Assembly: GCA_046563655.1 (NCBI GenBank)
Contig: CM102289.1
Coordinates: forward strand, 5,270,001 to 5,334,000
Direction: 5' to 3'
Length of the DNA stretch: 64,000 nucleotides
DNA from: Yuukianura sp. NJ FZ-2021
Taxonomy: Eukaryota
A model generated the notes under the pieces. The model was not told the DNA's origin, did no database searches, and was given only the letters and a program-made list of their open reading frames with translations. The translations under genes were made by a program, and so were the position numbers. Below are positions 12,601 to 24,600 of the stretch, in pieces (the first letter of the stretch is position 1; each line of letters opens with the position of its first letter).

Positions 12601-15600
12601 GCGACTTTCTCTCATTTTGTTATCCAATGTCGAAGTAGTTGTAGTCGAGATCACTTTTGACACAGTCTTTGTTTTCTCTTTTCGGATCGGTTCCTTCTTT
12701 ATGACATCGTCTCCCTTTATGGCACCGCCGTCTCCAGTAGTGGCTACGCTTGCGGTGGAGTTCGTTTCGGATCGACCACCAGATCCCAGAAGTTGTTGCT
12801 TTTTATTTTGACCTGTCTTGGTTTCTTTCGGTACAGACTTGATCACTTTTGACTCAATTGTAGTGTAGGAGTAGGAACCTTCTTTGGACTTCAATTCCCT
12901 CTTCACCTCAGTAATTATCTTCTCGGACTTTACGGTACTCTTGTGCGCAGCCGCAAGAGTCTTGCCACTACAAACTGGATGACGTAGAAATTCAAGATGT
13001 TTCAATTTCGACAAAGAATCGAATATCTTTTGTTGTGGAGTCGAGCCTGGAAAAAGAATGCGCGTGATTGGAGAATGGGGATTTGCAGGCTGCCAAACGA
13101 GAAGAGCACAGATAGAAACCAGATTCAGAACGGGGAATGGCGTTTCGGGAGCAGAGTTACGCGAACCGGCAGCGCCTGGACGCAAAGCCATGGTTGCTGA
13201 TGCAAAGTGTTTCCCATTTTCACTTTTCCATTTTGATAAAAATTCTTTGAGTTCCTTGGAATCTTTGACTGGATTCAGAATGTACATGTCCAACTTCCCA
13301 TGTCCAACCTTATGGTAGAGGTTAATCGGTTCAATCAAATTTTCGCGGGAACAAAAGTGAGGCTTCATACTGATTCCACGCAGATTTTCATACATTTCAT
13401 AGCCCAGTTCAGTGAGACTAAGGACGAGGTCGTCGTTACTTCCTGCGCATGCGTCTTTGTCTTCCTTGGACTCGCCTTCTTCACTCCCAGAGCTGCCTCC
13501 TTTCTTTTCCAAAACATTTCCAAAAAAGTGACCAATCTGAGGGAAGACCTGAGATGCATTTTTTCGCTCCAGAAGAGCTCCGATACCTCCCATGTCATTG
13601 TTGTTGACGCGCGTCAAAAGAACTGCGTCAAGTCGGTCCAAGTGACGCGTAAAGTCCCAGAAGCAGGCCTTTCGAGAGTAGCCGCCGTCGATGAGCATGT
13701 TGAATCCATTGACTCCAAAGAGGGCAGCATCTCCCTGTCCTCCTGGAAAAATGTACAAGGTTGGGTGACTAAACCGAATGTTCCCGACAATTTCCGAAGG
13801 TTGCAGAATTTCTTTGAGTGGAGAAGGAGTGATGAGAGTCGACAAGTATTCGGAAAAGGCTCCGAGACCAGCGTTGTGTACATTAGCCAATTTCTCGGGT
13901 CCATTGATGCTCAATTGGCACAATTTTGAAAATGGTTCTTTTTTGAATCTCGTGTCGGACCATCCGTTGTCGTGAGCACATTGAAGTGAAACCGTAATGT
14001 CAGACTTGTATGCCGGAAGGAGTCGGTAAACTTCGGGCTCGTCCCACAATTCAGTAAAATCCGCAATGGAAAATGTACCGTCCTAAAAGCAAAAAAAAAT
14101 CAATTAACTTTTTTGTAAAAAAAAATGTAGCTAGAACGTTGTTTCTTCTGTGGCTAACTAAAAGTGAAACGTCGATATGTTTTGTGTCATTTTTTTTAAA
14201 AAAAATGTTGTAAATGCTTTTGTAAAGATTTTTTTTTCTATGGGAATTTGCAATACAAATCATATGAAACTGGAAATCGATTCCTACTTTGAGAACATAA
14301 TTGACAAAATTATTTTCAAAATAAAAGGGCTTCTTCTAAGCACCGAATTTGCCATTTTTGCTGCCTTTGGTATTTATAAATTCTGTGCTAAAGGTTGAAA
14401 TCGATGTACTAACAATCATCAACTTGGCCAATCAATACGAGACTAACGTCTGAATAAGTTATGTAACAACTCGACTGCACTTCATTTGGAAAAACCCAGG
14501 AAATTATGGTATGATTTATTAAAGAAAAGCTTCTAATAACGTTCTTTCTTCTTTATCCAAAATTTATTTCTAAAGTTTTCAAAATTTTGAAAAATGAAGT
14601 CAAACTTTCTGAATTAAAACAATGGATCAACTCTAAACTTCCATTTCTAAGAAAAACTTTTGTCGCTAGGTTTAATCAACTTTGAAATTATGTGTCTGAA
14701 GGGGCCTTTAACTTTCTCCATAACTCAGGTGAGGAAAGGAGATTTATAGAAGCCCGTGTCCTACGACATGGAGCTTTATGGTAATGGCTTTTGTCAATGC
14801 TCCAACTGTTACCATGGTGACATGGTAGTTACAATGACTACCCTTGGTTACGTGGTTACCTGGAGGAGCCAAGATCCACTTCCTTGGTAGGAGTAGCCCG
14901 CATGGATGATGTGTCTGTAGCGTGTGAAACTGGATAGAAGGTTCTTGACGCATTGGATGAGCGTATTCACCTGAGCGTGATACAGCACTTCCACGACCAA
15001 GTTCTCGCTTGCCCACTGAATCAATTTCTCACCTGAAAGAATAATTGAAACACTTGAAACTTTCACCTGCTGAGAGAAAACTTTACGCCGAAACTCTCAC
15101 ATGAAAGAAATAAATTCAAAACTTTGAGACTTACAGACTTCGGATCAAACGGAATGAATTTCTCTGTTTCATTTTGAATTTTAACTTTAAACTTTGGCAA
15201 TCACCAGCCAAAAACTTTTTGAAATCAATTTGAAAATTTTATTTTTCGGCTTTTCTAAATGTATAAGAGCTCATCCGCTCAGAACTAAAGTGTTAAAAAC
15301 TTTGAAGTTTTCTTTGGCAAAAGCGGATGCGCCGCTAAACAAAACTTCTGTAGTTTTGAAATTAATGAATGTTTTTAAAACTAATTTCTGGAATTAGTCC
15401 TCCCGCAGCAGTTTCAAGAACAAAGAAAAAGTTTCGCGTGACAATTACAAGTTCTAATTTTTTTTAAAGAGCAAACTAACAAAGCCTTTGAAGGCGATAA
15501 AGCTCTTGAGAGCTTCTTGAGTACAAGGAATTAACAATCACGGAAATTTTCTATTTGGGATTACAAACTACTTTAGTGAAAGTCCTTGAAAGTGAAAGCA

Positions 15601-18600
15601 AATTAAAACTTTTGTTGCGAAACACTCCAGGGAAAATCTTCTCTTCCACTGGCTTTTTTCGAATAAAAATAATCCCTTTTTTAGAAAACAAAGGAAAATT
15701 GGATTATTATGGATTACGACTTCACATCTTTCCTTACTCAACAATAGAGGAATTTAATCTGCAATATGGGTTACATGTCACACGCAAAGTTTTAGCGAGA
15801 ATTGAGGTAATTTCAAATGTCGAATTTGATCACTCGACGAAGCCTTGACTTGACCTTGGTTGATATTAATTTCCAAATGTATTTTTTTCCTTACCATTTT
15901 TTGCCACATCTCCTTCGGGTGGTGAATTTGTTAAGTTCAAAAGTTCACAGTTCAGATCCACATGTGAAGACTCGACATCCCAGCATAGCAGACCTACAAA
16001 TTCAGAAGGAAAAAATACGTTGAAAACCTAGTTTTTCTGACAATTAATACGGTGTTGTATGACTTCTCAAAGTAGGCACCAATTTCAAAACATTGTAATA
16101 TTCAAAATATACATAAAAAAAATTGAAGTTAAAAAAATTCAAGGCACCACATAAAACAAGGACGCAAAAATGACTTGGGTTTTGAGGAACAACCTGGAGT
16201 AAGCGACACATCTTGTTCATGTTTAGATTTTTTTACTTTAAGTGTTACCTGTATAAATCAAAGCGGGAATTTTCAAAATTTGAATTTTGCCCACATGGAT
16301 TGTTTTGAATTTTGAAACTCTGCCGTGGTTGACATTGTCAAATTTTAATTACAGCGGAAAACACGACGTGGTACCAAATCCTTTGTTCCTTTGTAATAAC
16401 AAGTTTCAACTTTCAGCCTTTTCTTCTGAAAATTGAATACCCGATACTTTTGACATTTGGGCACGCGCCGGATTTGACATTCGAAACAAAGTGAAAAGCT
16501 GTACCAAAGTTTAATGATATCCAATATTGGTTTTGAAGTTTGTTAAAATGCAATTTTCAGCTTTTCCAAAATGTTCAAAACTTTTTCTAACAATTTCTTT
16601 TGTTGTCGTAACCTGTTACGTAACCTGAACTGTTGACATTTCTATTTCAACTTTTAAGATTTGACGCCGCCTGGAGACTTCATGCTGTGAGCTGCTTTGT
16701 CGTCAGATTTTTTGGACAAGTCAAGTCTCATTTCTCCCTCAGTCACATTCCGCGCCAAATTCAAAATAGAACCAAACAACCCAAAATTTAACGTGGCGCG
16801 AAATCCAAAAAATGTCTGCATGTTCTTATACCACCACATAACCCTCTTGGAAGGTTTGGATGAATTTCCAGAAGTTTCTCATGTACTGCTGTAAGAGCAT
16901 ACGTGGAATTTTTAATTTTGGCAATGCTGAAAAAGTGAAAAAGTTTTTGAAATAGAGTCATTTTGAACACACAGCTCGGTGTTCACCGTATTGGACTCAT
17001 GTGAGAAAATTCTAGGAACGACGACACGACCCGAACATTCATTTCATTACGTACTAAGCATTGAAAACGGTAAGGTGAAAGTGTACACTCAAGAAAAAGT
17101 TTGCAGGTCGGGAAAAAAACAATTTTGAAAAAAGTTTTAGGCGGAAAAAATTGAATTATGGTAATGACACTATTTTCTCTAATCTTTTACAGGCCCTGGC
17201 CTCAGTGGTCCAATCTGAGGCATATACAGGTCTGTACTCTCTGGGAAAAACCTTGTTTAAATGAAAAATTTGAAAAACTGGTTGCGCACTTCAGTTTTGA
17301 GTCAATGCGCAACAATGCGCCATTCAACTACGACAAAATTACGGCACACATTGCGCATCTGATGGAATTTTGACATTGTTTGGAAAAGGTAAAGTGGGGA
17401 GTTGGCGGAAAGAATTAAGTGCGGAATCGATTCAAAAATTCGATTCTGGATTATGAAAAATCAAATGGATTGAATTAGGGAAGGCATTTGAAATTGATAT
17501 AAAACGCGAACATCTTCGATTAATTTTTTTTCTAAGATACACAGTGAAAAAATTGTATTCTTAAATTAAACTAAACTCACTCTTATAAAGACTTATTTGA
17601 CTTTACTTATCGTTTATACTCAGTTGTGTACACAACTTTTTACTAAATCTTAAATAATCGCAACTTTTGGTAAATAAAATAGTCAATTGAAAAGCATATA
17701 GTTGCTGAATTTTCGACATTACCATATAATGTATTAATCAGTATACAAAAAATTTCTTTTTGAGATTTTATAAACTCTAAAAAAGTTTCCAAAAGATAAG
17801 TTGTTTACGTTTCAAAATTTTTTAAAACAGAATACCCAGATTGAGTTTTGAATGGCAAAAGTGATTTCAACGTGCGAATCCCATTGTCTGGATTCCCGAT
17901 GACAATACAGGGGCAAAGTTTAGTGATTAGATTAGAGTAAAATTTCATAAAAATTCCAAACACGGAATAAGGTCAGCTCGAGGTCATAATGTACTTCTGC
18001 TAGTACTTTTGTTATTTCTGTCCCATTTCGTCACAAGTGGGTTTATTTGAAAAACCAAACCTTGTGACAATACGGGGCAATTTGGGATTGGCTGATAATT
18101 TTATCAGTAGCTTAACTTTACAATTTTCAATATTTAAAAAGCTCCAAGGTATGATCTAGCGGCACTTCCAAAATTTTTGAAACGTTGAAAGTTGCATACT
18201 TTTTTCTTGAAAGAAAAAACACATTCCAAAATGCTGTACGACGAAATCGAAGACAAAGAAATGGCGGCGAGGTTTTTGTCCCGCCAAAGTCAGCAAATTC
18301 AACCACAGCTCTGGGTTAAGTACAAACCCATGGGAACTTGTCTCCCAAAACATTTCGCAGACATTGTCCCCGAAATTCGCGACTTCGAAATTCGCGAAAG
18401 CGATGTTTTTGTGCTTTCAAACCCCAAATCTGGTGAGTATATTTTTGAAAACCAAAAAACGATATGATTTGTTTGTAATTTAAAAAACACATTTTTTATT
18501 TTTAGGAACGACATGGACACAGGAAATGGTTTGGCTTTTGGGTAACGACCTTGATTACGAAGGAGCCAAAACACTACTCAACATTCGCTTCCCATATTTA

Positions 18601-21600
18601 GAGTAAGAGTTTTTTTTTTCTAAAAACTTCAATTTTCTGATACTTTGAAATAACTTTTGAGACGTTCGTTATTTCATCTGTTGTTTTCGTTTAGATATGA
18701 TGGAATCGCGGGCCCAAGCATCAAGCAGAATCGGCAACTCCATCAAGTCTCGCTTGAGGATATGAAAAACTTACCATCTCCGCGTTTCATTAAGAGTCAT
18801 TTGCATTGGCCACTTTTGCCAAAACAAATCGAAACAAAGAAGCCTAAGATCGTATACGTAGCACGAAATCCAAAAGATCAGTGTGTCTCACTCTACCATT
18901 TTAAAGGACTCCTTTCGGGCTACACAGGCACAATGGAAGAATTCATTGAAGAATTCCTTGAAGGCTACTGTAAGTTTTCCAAGAATGTAAAGTCTTAGCT
19001 GAAATTTGAAAATTGCTTTTTTTTAATCCGTAGACATATGTGGCCCGTACTGGCCCCACATTCGTGAAGCCTGGAACCGACGAAACGAGCCGAACGTTCT
19101 CTTTCTGAAATACGAAGACATGATAAAGGTGGGTGAAATTGAGAGTTTTCGACACTGAGCAGTTGTGTGCAATTTTTCAATTTTTGCTTTTTTTTTGCAC
19201 AGGACTTGGGAGCAGTTGTGCGCCAGACTGCAGCGTTCTTAGGCAAATCGTACACGGACGAGCAATACGCCAAACTGGTTGACCATCTCAGTTTTGCGTC
19301 AATGAAGAACAATCCAGCAGTGAACAGCGAAGATTTGTATGAGGCTCTGTCCAAATATCATGGAAAACCAAAAACGACGAGTTTCATTAGGAAAGGAAAA
19401 GTCGGATCATGGGAAGAAGAATTAAGTCCAGAGTGTATCAAACGGGTGGACGATTGGATTGCCAAAAACAGAATTGACGGAATTTGGGAAAATGTGTAGC
19501 AAAAGCAAATAAACTTTAGCAAGAAAAAGTTATGCTACTTTCAATTTATAACAACAAAAACAAAAATTTCATCAGCGAAATAAACTCTAAAGTTTATAAT
19601 TAATTAAAAAAAATAGAGTTAAGTTTTTAATGATTTAATTATAATCTCATTGGCTGAACTTCAAATGACATGAGCTAGTCAAAATTTAAATTCAGTGGGT
19701 TTTCCAAAAATACAAAATCTGAAAGATAAAATTTTGAAAACCTTAAAAATAAAATTTCCAGAAACGTAAACGTAACTCCAGCTAAAGTGCTTGACAACAT
19801 AATCTTCCTGTCAGCTAATCTCTTCTGTAATTTTAGAATACATCTCAACATTGTGAATTTTCTGAAGTGGTATTCATTTTTCATTGAAACTTATCAGGGA
19901 AACCTATTGAATTTGTAATTAGCTAAGGGGCAAATTGTAAGTTCGTGACACTTTCAAAAATTTCTTTAACTTTCAGGCTTACGACTATTCAGAATTCCTA
20001 TAAAACAAGCAAAAATCAAAGTATTCTTTACCTCAAATTGCACAAAAAAGTCTTTTTTAAATATTCAGTCAGTGTCAAATGTTCGATCATGAAATTTAAA
20101 AATATCATATTCGATTCTACATGACCGACTTTGTTTTGGTATCAATTCTATTGTTTAAAGTTGGACAAATAAACGTTACACTTTGAGTGTGTTTCAAAAT
20201 CAGTTTTAAAGCTGCTATGTGGATTTGGACGTACTAATCTAAACCAATCAAGTTGGTTTTGTCACCGTTGACACTGATGCTCTACAATGTCAAATCTTGT
20301 GACTGGACTCAAGAGGCGGGTTTTCCCTTTATCAGAATTTTGCTAGGTGGATTCTACATTTAAATTTTGTATTTAGCAAGCGCCAAATTTCGACTTTATG
20401 TCAAATTTAAAAGGATTTCCAGTTCAAAAACCAAGTTACAAAAAATTTGAAATACAACTAAAATGCTGTATGAAGAAATTGACGATAAGGAAATGGCCGC
20501 CAAATTTTTGGGTCACCAAAATCAGCTCATGCAACCAAACCTCTGGGTCAAATACAAGCCCGTGGGAACTTGTTTACCAAAGGAATACGCAGAGCTCTAC
20601 GACAGAATTCGCGATTTTGAAGTTCGCGAAAGCGACGTTTTTGTACTTTCGAATCCAAAATCCGGTCAGTAAAAAGTGCTTTGAAAAAATTACTGATATT
20701 ATTCATTTGCTTATTCTTTTTTTGTGAAATATTTAAACTCAAATTTTAGGAACAACGTGGGCGCAAGAAATGGTTTGGCTTTTGGGGAATGACCTGAACT
20801 ACGACGGGGCGAAGCAACTGCTAAACATTCGGTTTCCATGTCTGGAGTAACATTTTGAACATTTCAAACTTTTAAAAATAAAAATTTGAGAACAATTTGG
20901 AAACGTTTTGAAGGTTTTAGTAATTTGCAGGTTTGATGGAGTTGGAAATCCAAGTTTCAAAGACGAGGATCAGTTGAAACAAAATTCACTTGACGTTATT
21001 AACAATACGCCGTCTCCACGCTACATCAAGAGTCATTTGCATTGGCAACTTTTGCCAAAGGAATTGGAAACGAAGAAACCAAAAATCGTTTACGTGGCGC
21101 GCAACCCAAAAGATCAATGCGTTTCATTTTTTCATCACAAAGGACTCACTGCCGGCTACAACGCCACTATGGATGAATTCGTCGAAGAATTTCTGGAAGG
21201 CTACTGTAACTCTTTCGAACCAACTTTTGCTTAGGAGTATATCATATTTCGAATTTTTTTTTCAAATCGACAGACCTCTGCGGACCATACTGGCCACACG
21301 TTCGTGAATTTTGGAACAGGCGGAACGAACCTAACGTTCTTTTTCTCAAGTACGAAGACATGAACAAGGTATGAATTTATTGGAATTGTTTAAAAACATA
21401 TTTGACCCTATGACATTTCTTTAATTTTTATTGATTGCACAGGATCTGGCTTCGGTTGTGCGAAAAACTGCAGCATTCCTAGGCAAAACGTACACGGATG
21501 ACCAGTTTGCTAAGCTCGTTCAACATCTCAGCTTCGACTCAATGAAAAACAACCCCGCAGTGAACAACGAAGAGGTCACTGAAACGTTGGCCAAGTTCCA

Positions 21601-24600
21601 TGGAAAACCCCAAGCTACGAACTTCATTCGAAAAGGAAAAGTGGAATCCTGGAAGGAGGAGCTGAGTAAGGAAGCAATCAAAAAATTGGATGACTGGATT
21701 GCCAAAAATAAAATTGAGGGAATTTGGCAAAACATTTAAAAAGAGCTATATATACCAAAATTAATGAGATATTACACTATTTTGGGGTTACACTAATTAT
21801 GAAAAAAAATATCTGAATTTCTTTTTAAAATGAGTTTTAAAATTTTATATTCCATTGTTAAAAATCTATATTTATATAATTTTTCTCATCATTTATGGGA
21901 ATGATTTTTTTTTCTTTTGGAGCCACAACGGTTTACAGTTTTTGAATTGAAAAATTGCTATTGGGTTAAAAATTTTCTAAAGAAGAAATTCCAACTAAAG
22001 AAATTGATGCTTTTCTGGCGCGTCGAAATCCCATTCAGGATTTCCAACGTCTTGTGAACTAGTGTGAGATACTGTGGTTTGTCTGCACTCGATTTCCATT
22101 TTTCAAGTAAATGAAAATTCTAAAATAAACTACAATTTTTTAATTTGAGTTTTTAAATTTTAAAATGTGAAAATTTTGAAAGACTTATAGAACAAAACAA
22201 AAGTAAACCGTTGTGAACGACATACGGAAGCAGCGAAATGAACATCAACGTATGACGGTGACGTGTATACCTTCAAACCAAGTGGTAAAATCTATGTATT
22301 AGTATATAGTAAGTATACAGTGCTATTGAATTTTCTCACATATGCGAAATGTTTTCTCACATAAGCAGTTTTGCTGTATTACTTAACCTAACCTAACCAA
22401 TTAAGGAGGGGTAATTATTTCGATTGTAGTTAAAAAAAGTATTAGTTTGATAGGCAATACACCGAGACACGGAACAATACTTTTTTGAAAAATCTCTGCC
22501 GTTAATAACCACGTATGAAACGCTGTACGAGATAAATGATAGAAAATTCAGGAACATTTTGCTTGCATTGTTCCGGAAATCTGTTTTTCAATCAATATCA
22601 GTGTTTGCTACAATGCATTTTTACGTACTTTTTGTATTTGTGTTTTTGTGTTATTTGTTGTTGTTTTTTTTGTAGTTTCAAGTGCTACTGGAAAAAATAT
22701 AACACAAGCGAAATAAATCTTTAACATTGCTATTGTACTTACAGCATAACGCAGAGTGACGAGTTCTATTGAGCCATAATTTCTGAGCCAGTTCAAGTTA
22801 ACAAAAAAAAATGTTGTACGAAGAATTTCAAGATGTAGAGTTTGCAGCCAAAATCTCCGCCCGTCACAATCATATTCTGCGCTCCGAGCCTTACGTTAAA
22901 TTTAAACCAACAGGAACTTGTTTGCCAAAATCGTACGTCGAGTGCTACGACGCTATTCGCAACCTGGAGGTGCGGGAAGACGATGTCTTTGTGCTCTCAC
23001 TACCAAAAGCAGGTTAAAAAACATGTAAAAAATTGTAAAGAATCAAATGCTTCCAAAAACTTTCAGTAATTTTTAATTTTTCAAAATGTTGCAAACTAGG
23101 ATCAACATGGGCACAAGAAATGGTGTGGCTTTTGGGACATGACCTCGACTACGAAGGAGCCAAAGTAGATCTCCACGCAAGGGTTCTACATTTGGAGTAA
23201 ACCATTTTAATACGTGAAAGTATAGTTCATTTTTGTATGTCCAATTTTTTGAATTGAATTTGCAGATTAGATGTCATAAGAGTTCACGACGTACAGGATA
23301 TTGTGTACCCTAAGCAAACGGCAGTTGAAATAATCCCAAGCATGGTCTCCCCTCGCTACATTAAGAGTCATTTGCATTGGCAACTTTTGCCGAAGGAAAT
23401 CGAATCCAAAAAACCGAAAATCGTTTACGTAGCGCGAAACCCCAAAGATGTATGTGTTTCGTATTTTCATCACAAAGTACTCATCAATGGATACGAAGGA
23501 ACAATGGATGACTTTGTAGAAGAGTTCCTAGCAGACTACTGTAATGGGCCATTTATAATAGTACAAAAAATTTAATTTTGATAGTAACATGTTGTTTAAA
23601 AATTGTACAGATATTGGCGCTCCATACTGGCCTCATGTATATGAATTCTGGAATCGACGACACGAGCCGAATATTCTGTTTCTAAAATACGAGGACATGA
23701 AAAAGGCAAACGCAGACTTAATATTAACTTAAGACATTCAGTATTTCAATTTCCAATTGTGTGTTTTGAACAAACAAATTGTCCTAATCTCTAAATTTTC
23801 TTTTTTGGTTGTGCAGGATTTGGCGACAGTTGTGCGCAAAACTGCTCAATTCTTAGGGAAATCGTACACTGATGAACAGTATGCCAAACTCATTGATCAT
23901 CTTAGTTTTGATTCAATTCGTAAAAACCCAGCAGTGAACAAGGAAACGATGATTGACCTTCTGATCAAAGTCCACGGAAAACCGAAAACTACAAGTTTCA
24001 TACGTAAAGGAAAAGTGGATTCTTGGAAGGAAGAATTGAGCCCGGAATCAATTAAAAAACTGGATGAATGGATTGCCAAGAATAAAATTGAGGGCATTTG
24101 GGAAAATATTTAAGAAACATTAATAACACTGTTAGCATAATTTTAGTTTTGTTTCAAATAAATCAAACATTTGATATTCCTGCAGTGGATTTTGAAAATC
24201 GCTTACGATTGCAAGTTCAAAAAAACGAAATTTTATAAGCAAAGGAAATATAGGCTATTCGAAAGCAGAACGAATCAGGAACAGGATGCCTGGATTGCCG
24301 AAAACAAAATAGGCTGAAATTGAGATAGAAACATTGCTATTGTGAGCAAGGTTGACGTTTAGTTGCAAGTAAATCAACAATTAGAACATTAACTTTATTT
24401 TAACCTGCGAAGGTCTTTAATGTCAATCTTTGAAATTTCCATAATTTTTTTCATCATCCAAGCGAACTTTTGTACAGATATTTGTGGAAAGCAAAAGCAA
24501 ACACTCTTAAATTATCTTGAACATGAAATTCATAAAGTGGAACGAGATAATTTCAATGATAATTCAATTTTTCAGTAATTTACAGAACTGATTTGAAATT

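Noticed and set aside
887..13975. Many long plus-strand ORFs (e.g. 11723-12811, 362 aa; 6947-7798, 283 aa)
   Set aside because: Antisense shadows of the Glu/Lys/Ser-rich futsch exon; low-complexity Ser/Phe translations with no motifs.
685..14049. The 4454-aa ORF as a stand-alone gene
   Set aside because: It starts at TTG and runs into an intron at the other end. It is exon 4 of a spliced gene (14082-696).
22314..22560. Possible decayed element (duplicated ttttctcacata, aacct x3, weak inverted gaattttct/agaaaattc)
   Set aside because: Inverted match too short and no TSD; cannot be supported without a genome-wide search.
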